A stretch of 64,000 bases of DNA from an uncultured Gammaproteobacteria bacterium (GCA_964536615.1 CAZHYG010000001.1:70200-134199), one strand, 5' to 3'; shown: positions 19,080-29,535, counted from the stretch's first letter. The notes: generated from the sequence alone by a model not told the origin. Translations and numbers: made by a program.

Positions 19080-21224
19080 CTAACGATTAATGATAATGCG
19101 CGGATCAACTGCCCACGCTTCTTTCTCGGTAATAATCACTGGATTGATGGTAATTTCCGAAAAATCAGAAACAGATTCCACCAGCCAGTGTAATTGTACC
19201 ATAAGATCAATTAATTTTTGCAGAGCATACGGCGAGCGCCCTCTAAACCCGGTCAATAATTGATATAGTTTTGTTTTTTTAACAACTTCCAGCGCACGAT
19301 TCTGATCAATCGGCCCAATTGTCATCTGTATATCTTTAAACAACTCTGCTGTAACACCGCCCGATCCAACCAAAAATACATTGCCGAAATTTTTATCATA
19401 TTTTACTCCCACAATTGCCTCCAAACCGGATTGAATTTGTTTTTGCACATGTATAAGAAATGGTGTGCCTTCAGGAATTTGTTTGGCGCTTGACTGTATC
19501 TGTTTCCAGCTCACAGCTAAATCTTTCTCTGTGCGGATATGAGCAATCACCGCTTTGGTTTCAGTTTTATGAATCAGGGCTGGAGAAGAAATTTTTAAAA
19601 CTACCGGCCATCCGCACGCACGCGCCGCTCGCAGCGCTTCGGCATACGTATCAACAATATGCGATTGCGGCACTTTAATTCCAGCGGTTTTTAAAACAAA
19701 ATCAGATTCTGAAAGAGAAAGAATTGTGTTATCGGTTGAAGCAGTGATTAAATTTTTTATCTTTTGTGTTTTCGGATGAGCAAAAATTGGAGCTATTGTT
19801 TTGATACGGCCCGCTTGCAGTTGCCGCTCGGCAAACTGGCGCCAACGCCACATTGCAGCCAGGGCTTTAACAGCTCGTTCCGGAAATCGAAATGATGGTA
19901 TTTTATATGCGTTAAGCACTCGCTCTCCCGCAACAATAGACGATCCCCCCATAAAAGAACAGACAATAGGTTTGTTGTATTTTGCGGAAAGATCACCGAT
20001 TAATTTGGCTGTAGCTTCTATCTCAGTCATAATTTGCGGGGTTACAATTACCACAACCGCGTTCACTTGCTTCTCTGCCAAAACGTCATTAACAGCTTCG
20101 CGAAACCTATCAGAAAGAGCATCGCCCAGCACATCAACCGGATTTAAAATATTTGCCGCTCGAGGCAATGTTTTTTCTAATTTTTGGTGTGTGGCTGCGC
20201 TTAATCGAGCCAAGGTCATCCCCTCTTTTTCAACCATATCAGTGCTGATTACAGCCGGACCGCCTGCATTTGAAACAATGGCAACAGCCGAACCTTCGGG
20301 CGCATTTTCCCAAGAAAATACTTTTGCTAAATCAAACATATCCTCAACTCCGTCACAACGAATAATACCAGCTTCAATACACGCAACATCTACCACAGCA
20401 TCATCTCCAGCCAATGATCCAGTATGAGAACGAATTGCCTGCTGTGCATGTTGAGAACGGCCTGGTTTTAGCAAAAATACCGGATTTTGCCGAGAAATCT
20501 GCCTGGCAATACGAATAAACTCGGAACCGTTATTAATAGATTCCAAGTACATGCCGATGGGTTGATATCTTGACAAGCCTACTTCATTTTGAGTGACTGT
20601 TTTTTGTTCAAGCCAGTATTGCAATATGTCATTTTCCCCAATAACCGACTTGTTGCCAAGAGTTATAAACTCACTAAAGCCCATACTATTTTCTTGCGCC
20701 CAGTCAAAAATACCGGATGCCAAAGCGCCAGACTGAGACATAAAACGCAAATTTCCAACCCTATTCTCTACCCGACTAAACGTCGCGTTAATGTTTTTGT
20801 TAGTATTAGCAAAACCAAGACAGTTTGGACCAAGGATGCGCAGATCATATTTTTTTGCCGCAGCCTGCAATTCACGCTCCAACTCCTCGCCAGCCGCACC
20901 AACTTCTTTGAAACCAGCGCTAAACAATACAATATTTTTTGTGCCTTTATTCCCAATTTCTTCCAAAAGCATGACTGCGGTTTGCGCTGGCACGGAAATA
21001 ATTGCCAAATCAGGCACTATTGGCAAACTGGAAAAATCAGAAAAACACGTAACTCCCAAAATTTCCGTGGCGTTTGGATTAATCGCAAACAAAGAACCCA
21101 AAAAACCGGATTCAATAATATTTTTAAGTACAATATGTCCAATTTTTTGCTCATCGCGAGACGCACCCAACACCGCAATAGACTGCGGGTTGAACAATGC
21201 GGTCAAAGCTTTTTTCTGTTGCAT
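19080..21224 (-). CDS. acetate--CoA ligase (ADP-forming), alpha-beta fusion
   Basis: LFNPQSIAVLGAS, LGPNCLG, SQSGA, SHTGSLAG phospho-His motif, C-terminal ATP-grasp. Confidence 0.92.
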   Translation of the reverse strand: MQQKKALTALFNPQSIAVLGASRDEQKIGHIVLKNIIESGFLGSLFAINPNATEILGVTCFSDFSSLPIVPDLAIISVPAQTAVMLLEEIGNKGTKNIVLFSAGFKEVGAAGEELERELQAAAKKYDLRILGPNCLGFANTNKNINATFSRVENRVGNLRFMSQSGALASGIFDWAQENSMGFSEFITLGNKSVIGENDILQYWLEQKTVTQNEVGLSRYQPIGMYLESINNGSEFIRIARQISRQNPVFLLKPGRSQHAQQAIRSHTGSLAGDDAVVDVACIEAGIIRCDGVEDMFDLAKVFSWENAPEGSAVAIVSNAGGPAVISTDMVEKEGMTLARLSAATHQKLEKTLPRAANILNPVDVLGDALSDRFREAVNDVLAEKQVNAVVVIVTPQIMTEIEATAKLIGDLSAKYNKPIVCSFMGGSSIVAGERVLNAYKIPSFRFPERAVKALAAMWRWRQFAERQLQAGRIKTIAPIFAHPKTQKIKNLITASTDNTILSLSESDFVLKTAGIKVPQSHIVDTYAEALRAARACGWPVVLKISSPALIHKTETKAVIAHIRTEKDLAVSWKQIQSSAKQIPEGTPFLIHVQKQIQSGLEAIVGVKYDKNFGNVFLVGSGGVTAELFKDIQMTIGPIDQNRALEVVKKTKLYQLLTGFRGRSPYALQKLIDLMVQLHWLVESVSDFSEITINPVIITEKEAWAVDPRIIINR

Positions 21225-21226
21225 AT

Positions 21227-22216
21227 TTATCGCATGCGCGCTTGAATAATATGGTCAAGCATCTCTGAAAATGAAATGCCTGCTTTAGATGCTGCTTCCG
21301 GCAGAAGACTGGTAGGGGTCATGCCGGGAATGGTGTTTGTTTCCAAAATATATAAATTTTTTTCATTAGTAACAAAAATATCTGTGCGCGACATACCGGA
21401 GCACCCCAAGCTTTTGTGCGCCATGATAGCTAATTTTTGTATACGCAAATTAAGCTCCTCATCAAAATCAGCCGGACAAACGTGAGTGGAGCCGCCAGCT
21501 TTATATTTTGATTTATAATCATAAAATTCTCCCAAATTCGGCACAATGCGCGTTGGCGGCAGCGCCATGATCTCGCCGCGCTTTTCCAGTACGCCACACG
21601 TAGATTCTTTTCCAGAAATAAATTTTTGCACCATGAGCCACGAGAATGATTTAATTTCTTTTTTTACTGCCATCACAAATTCCTCCATAGTTTTTACAAT
21701 ATGCACTCCCACCGCCGACCCTTGGTCTACTGGCTTTACTACTGCCGGAAAACCTATATCTTTCATTACAGTTTGAGTTATTTGCTCAGCCTCCCTCTTC
21801 CAGCCGTCTTTTTTAAAATGAATAAACTCTGGGTACGGCAATTTATTGGCAAAAAATATTTGCGCGGAAAAAACTTTATTCATGGCCAGCGCGCTCGCAA
21901 GCACACCGGAGCCAGTATATGGAATGCCAAGCGTCTCAAGCATGCCCTGCACTCCCCCGTCCTCACCAGGCGACCCATGCAAAGCGATAAAAATAATTTC
22001 AAATAACCTTCTATCTTTGTGCTGCAAGTCCAATTTTCTTTTCCGCTTTTTTTGCGTATCAAGCAACCAAAAAACACGGTCTTTTGACATCTCCACTAAA
22101 AATGGCAAGTATTTTTTTCTATCCAGATTTTCAAATACAGCCGCGCCCGTGATTAGAGAAATATCCCTTTCCGATGAAGGCCCTCCCATCAACACTCCCA
22201 CTTTCATTTTTTTCAT
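21227..22216 (-). CDS. ddl: D-alanine--D-alanine ligase
   Basis: GGPSSERDISL, LHGSPGEDG, YDYKSKY, LETNTIPGMT. Confidence 0.96.
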   Translation of the reverse strand: MKKMKVGVLMGGPSSERDISLITGAAVFENLDRKKYLPFLVEMSKDRVFWLLDTQKKRKRKLDLQHKDRRLFEIIFIALHGSPGEDGGVQGMLETLGIPYTGSGVLASALAMNKVFSAQIFFANKLPYPEFIHFKKDGWKREAEQITQTVMKDIGFPAVVKPVDQGSAVGVHIVKTMEEFVMAVKKEIKSFSWLMVQKFISGKESTCGVLEKRGEIMALPPTRIVPNLGEFYDYKSKYKAGGSTHVCPADFDEELNLRIQKLAIMAHKSLGCSGMSRTDIFVTNEKNLYILETNTIPGMTPTSLLPEAASKAGISFSEMLDHIIQARMR

Positions 22217-22221
22217 AAAAA

Positions 22222-23433
22222 TTATTCTAAATATCCTAATGGATCAACGGGTATGCCGTTTAAACGAACTTCAAAATGAAGATGCGGCCCGGTTACAAAC
22301 GGACCAGCGCCAACTGTACCGGGCTTACCGCCCGACAATCCAATTACATCACCTTTATTTACAAACTGATCGGCGGCCACATCAATACGGCTTAAGTGGC
22401 CATACAACGTGGAAAGATTTCCTGTATGAACAATAAGCACATACGCATAACAGGTGGACACGGTACAAGTCTTAGCTCTGGCTACATACCCCGAGGCTGC
22501 CGCTCGCACAGGAGTGCCTTGAGAAGCCCGCAAATCTATCGCGCTATGTTCAAACACATTTCTAAACGGATAATCTGGATCATGAAAGCGTGCTGTAATA
22601 GTTCGGCTTGAAACCGGCCAAGAAAACGGACCGACACTATCGCCTAACTTATTTTCTTGCGCCAACTTTTTGCGTACCTGATCTTCGTAAGCGCGCTGCT
22701 CATTGATCACTGCCTGATATTGTTGTTTTAAGCTTGATAATAATGTTTTGTATTTTTGCTCGGAAGATTTGGTGGCAACCAGTAAATTTTCTTTGGCTGT
22801 TGACTGCTCTCTGAATTTTGTCTTTTTTTCTTCCAGGCTTATTTTAAGATCTTCATATGTTTTTTTAGTCGCAGCAATCTGGTCGCGCCTAGCTTGTAAA
22901 TCTTCTTTTATTACACGCAGAACTTTTGCAGATTGCCCCACATCTTTATAGACTTTAAGCGTATACTGCAGCTGATCGTAAAAAGAAGCAAAACTGCTAT
23001 TGGTAAGCAATACTTCAAGATATGATTTTTGTTTATCGGCATTAATACTCTGCACCATCTTAGTGATGATTTTTTTTTGCTTCTCCAAAGTCGCTTCTTT
23101 AGCGGCAATGCTTAATTCCAATTCTTCTATCTGCAGCTGCGCTTGATCAATTTTTTGCTCAGTAAGCTCAATATCGGTTTCCGCTTTAGCAATATGATTA
23201 TCAAGTATGCTTAATTGATTTTTTAACGACTGCGCCTCAGTCTGTTTTTGCGCAATATTTTTATTATATTTGTTAATTGTTTCTTCAAGCTGTTTAATAA
23301 CTTCTTTTTTAGCGGCAATTTGCCTGTTGAGTTCATTTATTTCCGCGGATACGGCTGTTTGAGCATGCACAAACAAAGGCGGATATACTATCGCCGATAC
23401 TAGGAATAAAAAAAATAGAGCAAATTTTTTCAT
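22222..23433 (-). CDS. secreted coiled-coil M23 peptidase (EnvC/PcsB-like)
   Basis: Signal peptide, long coiled coil, HSAID, YGHLS, TGPHLHFEVR. Confidence 0.92.
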   Translation of the reverse strand: MKKFALFFLFLVSAIVYPPLFVHAQTAVSAEINELNRQIAAKKEVIKQLEETINKYNKNIAQKQTEAQSLKNQLSILDNHIAKAETDIELTEQKIDQAQLQIEELELSIAAKEATLEKQKKIITKMVQSINADKQKSYLEVLLTNSSFASFYDQLQYTLKVYKDVGQSAKVLRVIKEDLQARRDQIAATKKTYEDLKISLEEKKTKFREQSTAKENLLVATKSSEQKYKTLLSSLKQQYQAVINEQRAYEDQVRKKLAQENKLGDSVGPFSWPVSSRTITARFHDPDYPFRNVFEHSAIDLRASQGTPVRAAASGYVARAKTCTVSTCYAYVLIVHTGNLSTLYGHLSRIDVAADQFVNKGDVIGLSGGKPGTVGAGPFVTGPHLHFEVRLNGIPVDPLGYLE

Positions 23434-23483
23434 AGCTCTATTATACCATAATTATGCCATTTATACGCTATGGCCGCAGTTTA

Positions 23484-23990
23484 CTATGTTTCATCATGTA
23501 AGCCCAAAGACATTTCAAGAATTTTAAAAAGATAGTATGATTTTTCTCGATCTATAGGCTTATTACCAAAAAAACCATCATCTGCAGATGATATGGTAAA
23601 AGGCTTGTCAGCAAGCACGCCTCGAATGACAGCCTCTCCATTTTCACGAGGGATTAATTCGGCAGAGGTAGGCACATTGCCTGTTTGTAATAATTGTATA
23701 ATTTCTTCATCTTTAACATATTTTACCCATGCAGCTATCTGTTTATTATCGTTATCTATAACCGCTTGTTCATGCAAAACATTTAGAGAAGTTTCTGGGT
23801 TTCGTATCCTGTCTACTATGTTCTTTTTTGCATTCTTTTTTGCCGCAATTTCTTTGGCTGCAGCAAAAAAATCAGCCGCTGATTTACGCACGAACACCCC
23901 TGTGTCAGCAGGATCGGCATTACCTTCATCATCTACATGCACATGACGCGAGGGATCAAACACCTCGCCGGATTTTCTATATGGCGACAT
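23484..23990 (-). CDS. hypothetical protein
   Basis: 168 aa ORF co-oriented with and adjacent to gltX. Confidence 0.65.
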   Translation of the reverse strand: MSPYRKSGEVFDPSRHVHVDDEGNADPADTGVFVRKSAADFFAAAKEIAAKKNAKKNIVDRIRNPETSLNVLHEQAVIDNDNKQIAAWVKYVKDEEIIQLLQTGNVPTSAELIPRENGEAVIRGVLADKPFTISSADDGFFGNKPIDREKSYYLFKILEMSLGLHDET

Positions 23991-23996
23991 ATGTTT

Positions 23997-25460
23997 TTAT
24001 TTTATTTTTTGCACAGCAATACCAAGACGATGCAAAACCTCTTTTGTACCCAACACCTCGGCAATCTCAAACGGCCCTGGTGAATTTTCTTGGCCAGACA
24101 ACGCTACGCGCATCGGCCACAATACCGAACCTGCTGAAAAACCTTGCTCCGCAATCCATGCTTTAGTTTTTTCTTCAAGCAATTGTTTATTCCACTGTGT
24201 TTCATCTAAATCTTCCACAAACGAAATTAAAGCAGGAAGAGTGCGAACCAGCTCTTCTTGAGTGCTTTTTTTCCAAATTAACAAATCGGCGCTATATTCT
24301 GGCAAAGTAAATACAAATTTAACGGCCTCTGGCAGTTCCGCCAGGGTAACAATTCGCTCCCGCTCTAAACCAACAACCTTTTCTAAAAGCTCATCATGCT
24401 TTATCCCAGCTTCTTCCAGCCAAGGTTTAGCCTGTTCAGCCAATTCAGTATTAGACAAATTTTTAATATATTGTTTATTGAACCAATTCAATTTTTCAAT
24501 ATTAAATACCGCGCCGGTATTGCCGACTTTCGCCAAATCAAAATCTTGCACCAGTTCTTCCATAGCATACATTTCTTTTTCCGTACCCGGATTCCAACCC
24601 AAAAACGCCACGAAATTTATGAGCGCTTCAGGCAGATAACCTTTTTTTCTATAATCTTCTACTGCCACATCTCCTTGGCGCTTGCTTAATTTTGATTTAT
24701 CCGGATTAAGCAACAACGGCAAATGCGCCATAGCCGGTACTTCCCAGCCAAAATATTTATACAACTGAACATGTTTTGGCACGCTGCTTATCCATTCTTC
24801 ACCGCGAATAATATGGGTAATACCCATCAAATGATCATCTACTACTACCGCAAAATGGTAGGTTGGGAAACCATCGGATTTTATAAGCACCTGATCATCT
24901 ACCAGTTCATTTTTAAATCGCACCTCTCCGCGAATCAGGTCGGTAAACATAGTTTCACCATGCTTATCCATTTTTAAACGAACTACATGCTTTTCTCCGC
25001 TTTCGGCTCGTTGTTTAGCTTCGGTCGGATCAAGTTTGGCGCATAAACCATCATAGCCGGTAGGCATTTTTCGAGCCTGTTGGTCGGCGCGCAGTTTTTC
25101 CAGTCTTTCTGAAGTGCAAAAACAATAATACGCATACCCGGCATCCAGTAATTTCTGCGCGTGTTCGGCATAAATAGCAAGACGTTCCGATTGCGTATAT
25201 GGACCATTTTCACCCTTATCGCTTATAGCACCATTTGCATCTTGCACAACACCCTCTTCAGGTGTAACTCCAGCCCAAAATAATGATTTTAAAATATTTG
25301 AAACACCATCGGCCACATAACGCTCTCGATCGGTATCTTCTATGCGCAACAAAAATGTTCCACCATGTTTTTTGGCAAACAAATATGAATACAGAGCGGT
25401 GCGCAGACCACCAACATGCAAATATCCAGTAGGGCTGGGAGCAAAACGGGTTTTAATCAT
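23997..25460 (-). CDS. gltX: glutamyl-tRNA synthetase
   Basis: RFAPSPTGYLHVG, LRIEDTD, KLSKR. Confidence 0.98.
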   Translation of the reverse strand: MIKTRFAPSPTGYLHVGGLRTALYSYLFAKKHGGTFLLRIEDTDRERYVADGVSNILKSLFWAGVTPEEGVVQDANGAISDKGENGPYTQSERLAIYAEHAQKLLDAGYAYYCFCTSERLEKLRADQQARKMPTGYDGLCAKLDPTEAKQRAESGEKHVVRLKMDKHGETMFTDLIRGEVRFKNELVDDQVLIKSDGFPTYHFAVVVDDHLMGITHIIRGEEWISSVPKHVQLYKYFGWEVPAMAHLPLLLNPDKSKLSKRQGDVAVEDYRKKGYLPEALINFVAFLGWNPGTEKEMYAMEELVQDFDLAKVGNTGAVFNIEKLNWFNKQYIKNLSNTELAEQAKPWLEEAGIKHDELLEKVVGLERERIVTLAELPEAVKFVFTLPEYSADLLIWKKSTQEELVRTLPALISFVEDLDETQWNKQLLEEKTKAWIAEQGFSAGSVLWPMRVALSGQENSPGPFEIAEVLGTKEVLHRLGIAVQKIK

Positions 25461-25470
25461 AAAAAACTGC

Positions 25471-26064
25471 TTATTCTTTAACTAAAGTTATAAGAAAATT
25501 ATTACCAAACATTTCAATCTCACTTGTATATTTGTCATACTGCCCAACATCTTTTTGAGCAAAACTAACTGATTTTACTACTAATCCAATTCTTTTAAAG
25601 AACAACTCATCAACTGAAGGCAAGCCATCTTGATTTTTTGAAACTTTCATAAACTCCGGCACGAAACCAGGAGTATATGTTTCAGTTATATAAATTTTAC
25701 CATTTTTTTTCAATACCCGAACTATTTCTTGAAGTATTTCACCATAATATTCAGGATGGCTAAGACCCCGATCCCCAAACACATTGGTAAGCACAAACTC
25801 ATCCACTGCTTCATCTGCGAACGGCAGATTGCGCGCGTCAGCCTGCACCGGCATAGATTGCTTTTCCACATCCAATCTATCAAGCATTGTGGAGGCTCTT
25901 TTTGTACCGTCCTTGTCAATATCTATCGCAAAGTAACGTTCATCACTTTGTAATTTTCTATTACCAAGCAAAAAAAATGGCTTTCCATCGGTACCAATCT
26001 CTACCACAATTTTATTTTTTTTCTCTTCACCTCTTTCAGGCGACCCTACCATTCGCTCATTCAT
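25471..26064 (-). CDS. class I SAM-dependent methyltransferase-like protein
   Basis: VVEIGTDG, AIDID, ADARNLPFADEAVD, EIVRVLKKNG. Confidence 0.75.
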   Translation of the reverse strand: MNERMVGSPERGEEKKNKIVVEIGTDGKPFFLLGNRKLQSDERYFAIDIDKDGTKRASTMLDRLDVEKQSMPVQADARNLPFADEAVDEFVLTNVFGDRGLSHPEYYGEILQEIVRVLKKNGKIYITETYTPGFVPEFMKVSKNQDGLPSVDELFFKRIGLVVKSVSFAQKDVGQYDKYTSEIEMFGNNFLITLVKE

Positions 26065-26069
26065 AATAT

Positions 26070-26306
26070 TTATAATAAAATTTTTAATACAGCTATAACA
26101 GCCACCAAAGTCCAGATTGCATTGAGCGCCACTGGTTGATAGTTCTTTTTAACAAACGAGCTATACATAATACCAAAACCGCCAACAATGTTTAAAGCCT
26201 GAAATATTAAATCAGAGGCAACAAAAACTTCAAAACTAAGCAAAATATATGCGCACAGCACACACAGCACCCCTGCCCACCCAATAATTTCAGCTATTTT
26301 TTGCAT
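26070..26306 (-). CDS. small membrane protein (CBU_0592-like)
   Basis: 78 aa, IGWAG...LNIVG...LNAIW pattern, 3 TM. Confidence 0.7.
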   Translation of the reverse strand: MQKIAEIIGWAGVLCVLCAYILLSFEVFVASDLIFQALNIVGGFGIMYSSFVKKNYQPVALNAIWTLVAVIAVLKILL

Positions 26307-27021
26307 AGATTTTATGTAAAACCACCTTCAAAACAAACACCGCAGTCGCGTTAAAAATCCTACCTATTCGCCGTGGCTGCTGAGCCAAACGATAGACCCA
26401 TTCTAGCCCAAGTGAGCGCAAAAATAAAGGGGCGCGCTTGATATGCCCTGAAATAAAATCAAACGAGCCACCTACCCCCATAGCGATTTTAACATCTGGC
26501 ATTTTAGCAAGGTTTTCATAAATCCATTTTTCTTGTTTACCCATACCAAAAGCCACAAACAAAATCTGCGCGCCGGTTCTGTTAATTTCATCGGTTATTA
26601 TACTATCATCGCTGGCAGAAACTTCAGATAAAACCGGGCCTTTGTTGTAACCCGAGATAGGCAAATCTGGAAATTGCGCATGTAAATTTTCACAAGCATT
26701 TCGCACCACGTCTTCGTTTCCCGAACCAAGCAGATACACGCCTTTCCCCTGTTCGGCAGCCAATTTGCAAACTTCCAACATAAAATCAACTCCGGGAATT
26801 CGTTTTATTCCGGTAAATAGCTGCACACCCATGCCATCGCACAAATTTAAATCTCCGCTATTTAAAACTGTTTTAAAATACTCGTCTTTTTGAGCTTTTA
26901 CCAACATTTCTGGATTGGGAGTAAAAACCGTGCGCTGTTTTGGCGAATTTAAAAATTCAGTAATTTTTGACAAGGCTTGAATTTTATTTATTTCGTCAAT
27001 TCTTATATCCAATAAATTCAT
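26290..27021 (-). CDS. WecB/TagA/CpsF glycosyltransferase
   Basis: TPNPEM, DGMG, KQEKW, GVGGSFD, KRAP, LEWVYRL. Confidence 0.93.
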   Translation of the reverse strand: MNLLDIRIDEINKIQALSKITEFLNSPKQRTVFTPNPEMLVKAQKDEYFKTVLNSGDLNLCDGMGVQLFTGIKRIPGVDFMLEVCKLAAEQGKGVYLLGSGNEDVVRNACENLHAQFPDLPISGYNKGPVLSEVSASDDSIITDEINRTGAQILFVAFGMGKQEKWIYENLAKMPDVKIAMGVGGSFDFISGHIKRAPLFLRSLGLEWVYRLAQQPRRIGRIFNATAVFVLKVVLHKIYAKNS

Positions 27022-27030
27022 ATGTATTAT

Positions 27031-27717
27031 TTATTTTCCAAATCGTCGCTGCCGTTTATTAAACTCAGCAATAGCTTTATCAAATTGATCCGTATCAAAA
27101 TCAGGCCATTCTACTTTTGGAAAATACAATTCACTATACGCGCCCTGCCATAATAAAAAACCTGAGGTACGCTGCTCTCCCGAAGTGCGAATAACCAAAT
27201 CGGGGTCAGGCAATCCGGCCGTATCCAAATTACAGCTTATAGTTTCAAAATCAATTTCAGAAGCTTTGACGCCGGATTTTATAATTTTTTGTATAGCGCG
27301 TTTTATCTCATCCCGCCCGCCATAATTAAGCGCCATGTTGGCGATAATACCGGTACAATCTTTGGTAAGCTCAATTGCGTGTTTGATTTTTTCTTGCAGA
27401 GATGCCGGTAATTCTTTGAGCGAGCCGATATGCCGAAAACGTATGCCTCTTTTTTTATAATCCGCAATATTTTTATCTATATATTTTTCAAATAATTTCA
27501 TCAGGTAGCCAACTTCTTTTTCTGAACGCGACCAGTTTTCCGTAGAAAAGCCATACATAGTAATGACTTTTACTCCCCTATTTTGAGCATGCAAAACAAT
27601 TTTTTTGGCATTTTCCATGCCTTTTTTGTGTCCAAAAAAAGTGGGCAGGCCTTTGGCTTTTGCCCAGCGCCGGTTGCCGTCTAAAATAATGGCTATATGA
27701 TCGGGAATTTTGTTCAT
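27031..27717 (-). CDS. uppS: undecaprenyl diphosphate synthase
   Basis: HIAIILDGNRRWA, FSTENW, NYGGR, IRTSGEQRTSGFL; start moved to ATG 27717. Confidence 0.96.
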   Translation of the reverse strand: MNKIPDHIAIILDGNRRWAKAKGLPTFFGHKKGMENAKKIVLHAQNRGVKVITMYGFSTENWSRSEKEVGYLMKLFEKYIDKNIADYKKRGIRFRHIGSLKELPASLQEKIKHAIELTKDCTGIIANMALNYGGRDEIKRAIQKIIKSGVKASEIDFETISCNLDTAGLPDPDLVIRTSGEQRTSGFLLWQGAYSELYFPKVEWPDFDTDQFDKAIAEFNKRQRRFGK

Positions 27718-27736
27718 ATTTATACAGTTAGTGTAT

Positions 27737-29401
27737 TTACCAGCTACCCCCACCACCTCCGCCGCGCCCACCGCCAGCACCGCCCCCGCCGCCAACACCA
27801 GAAGATTCAAAGCTGCTATTAAATCCGCCTAACGAAGCTGCAAAAGCCGTTGCTGAAAAATTACTGGAATAATGACCGCTATACCAGTTTGGATAAGCGG
27901 TATAAATATGCTCAAACTGTTGCGCCCATTTTTTTTCCACACCTAAAGCCATAGCAAACGGCAGTAACTTTTCAAACTGTTCTGGATTTTTTTCAGGCGC
28001 ATTATGAAATGCTAACCTATCTTTTTCAGCCACTTCTAAATATTTTTTTAGACCCAAGATATAATCTCTAGTCAAAGCACCCTTCTTTGTTAGAGCGGGC
28101 ATTATAAAAGCAAAAGTAATAATAATACCGCCAGAAATAACAAGCGGCCCCAACAATTCCAAGTTAAACGCAAACTTTATTGCCAAATAGATAATAATAA
28201 CTCCAGTGGTTATATAGCCTTGTCGCAATATGTCGGGGTTAAATCTAAAATAACCCTTATCAGCAAGGTCTTTATATAATATCTTCTTACTTTTTTTAAT
28301 ATATGCATAAACTAATCTGTTCTTTTTTAAACTGGATAACAAAACTGTTTTTCCAGGTATTTTATTAAACAGGGCCGATAAAATCACGGCATCATGCTGA
28401 TTCTCTGCTGGGTATACTGATTTTAATAATACAAGCTCGTAATCATCCTTAGGATATAGCAAACCCTTTTTCTCCACTTGATTAATTTTTATATACCCTC
28501 GGATCGCCAAACTAATAATTTCCGCTGAAATATCCCTATTGCTTACTTTTTGATCAAAAATGGCACCAACTTCGGCTGGCGTTAAATTATCAGGCACATC
28601 AAACTGGGTTATAATCGTGCGAGCACTCTTAAAATCCTTGCCAAAAATTCTCCATACAATCAATAGAAATAAAAAAAGTATGACTGGTAATAAAAATGAC
28701 GGATTGGCATAAACAAGATTCAGTATCACATGAAACAAGCTCGGTTGCTTTATAACTCCTTTAGGCATATCAAGCCGCAAAGTTATTCCGCTCTCAGAAG
28801 GAATCTTAAACTGTCGGATGTATACCGGATTTGCCAAACGAGCTTCCTGACAAAGCTCAAGAGAGCCGAGGCTCCCCTCATAACAAAATAGGCTTGTTTT
28901 TTCTATATCCATGCGCCCCGGCAACCAAACAGAGACAGTTGCTGCGCCAATAGGCACTTGCCATTCGTTACCGGTCGCATTCCAATAAAACTGATCTTTT
29001 GTTTCAAGAAAATTCACCGCGTTTTGCACGGTATAATTTATCGTATAAGTGTGCCGGCCTGTGATAAGTTTTTTGGAATCTCCAATTTTGATTACAATAT
29101 CTTTGTCTGTTTTTGAAGTATGAAAAATAAGAGGTTCATTATTTTCATCCGTAACGCGTATATCGCTAATATACAACGGCAAATTCTTAAAAACAGATCC
29201 TTGTTGGTACGGAATATTTCTAAAAATTCCGTGTTTTTGCAAAGATCCAAAATCATACTCAATCGTTTCGGAAACTTGCACAGAAGAATCCTCTTGAATG
29301 CTAATTACTACATCAAAAAATTTTATTTCTTCAGCTTTAACAAAGTTTGGCAAAAAAATTGCCACGGCCATTAGAGCTAAAACAGTTATTTTTTTTAACA
29401 T
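27737..29401 (-). CDS. DUF2207 membrane protein
   Basis: HGIFRNIP, YWNATGNEW, FEKLLPFAMALGV and Gly-rich GGGGGSW terminus. Confidence 0.9.
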   Translation of the reverse strand: MLKKITVLALMAVAIFLPNFVKAEEIKFFDVVISIQEDSSVQVSETIEYDFGSLQKHGIFRNIPYQQGSVFKNLPLYISDIRVTDENNEPLIFHTSKTDKDIVIKIGDSKKLITGRHTYTINYTVQNAVNFLETKDQFYWNATGNEWQVPIGAATVSVWLPGRMDIEKTSLFCYEGSLGSLELCQEARLANPVYIRQFKIPSESGITLRLDMPKGVIKQPSLFHVILNLVYANPSFLLPVILFLFLLIVWRIFGKDFKSARTIITQFDVPDNLTPAEVGAIFDQKVSNRDISAEIISLAIRGYIKINQVEKKGLLYPKDDYELVLLKSVYPAENQHDAVILSALFNKIPGKTVLLSSLKKNRLVYAYIKKSKKILYKDLADKGYFRFNPDILRQGYITTGVIIIYLAIKFAFNLELLGPLVISGGIIITFAFIMPALTKKGALTRDYILGLKKYLEVAEKDRLAFHNAPEKNPEQFEKLLPFAMALGVEKKWAQQFEHIYTAYPNWYSGHYSSNFSATAFAASLGGFNSSFESSGVGGGGGAGGGRGGGGGGSW

Positions 29402-29459
29402 AGATACAGATAGCAATTTATGTATGTTATAATAAAAACTAACCTCAATATTATCAAAC

Positions 29460-29487
29460 TTGACACTTTTTCACAAGATGTTATACT
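29460..29487 (+). promoter_or_regulatory. sigma70 promoter of clpB
   Basis: TTGACA-16 nt-TATACT with an extended -10 TG. Confidence 0.75.
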
Positions 29488-29488
29488 A

Positions 29489-29515
29489 TTATCACTCTAT
29501 AGTTTAGAGTGATAA
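29489..29515. promoter_or_regulatory. CIRCE-like HrcA operator (variant)
   Basis: TTATCACTC-N9-GAGTGATAA versus consensus TTAGCACTC-N9-GAGTGCTAA, between the promoter and clpB. Confidence 0.85.
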
Positions 29516-29535
29516 TTACATGCCTAATTTACTAT

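Noticed and set aside
19801-22436. Long antisense ORFs (19801-20427, 20589-21245, 21846-22436; also 29946-30596)
   Set aside because: They lie opposite well-conserved genes and have no motifs; expected antisense shadows
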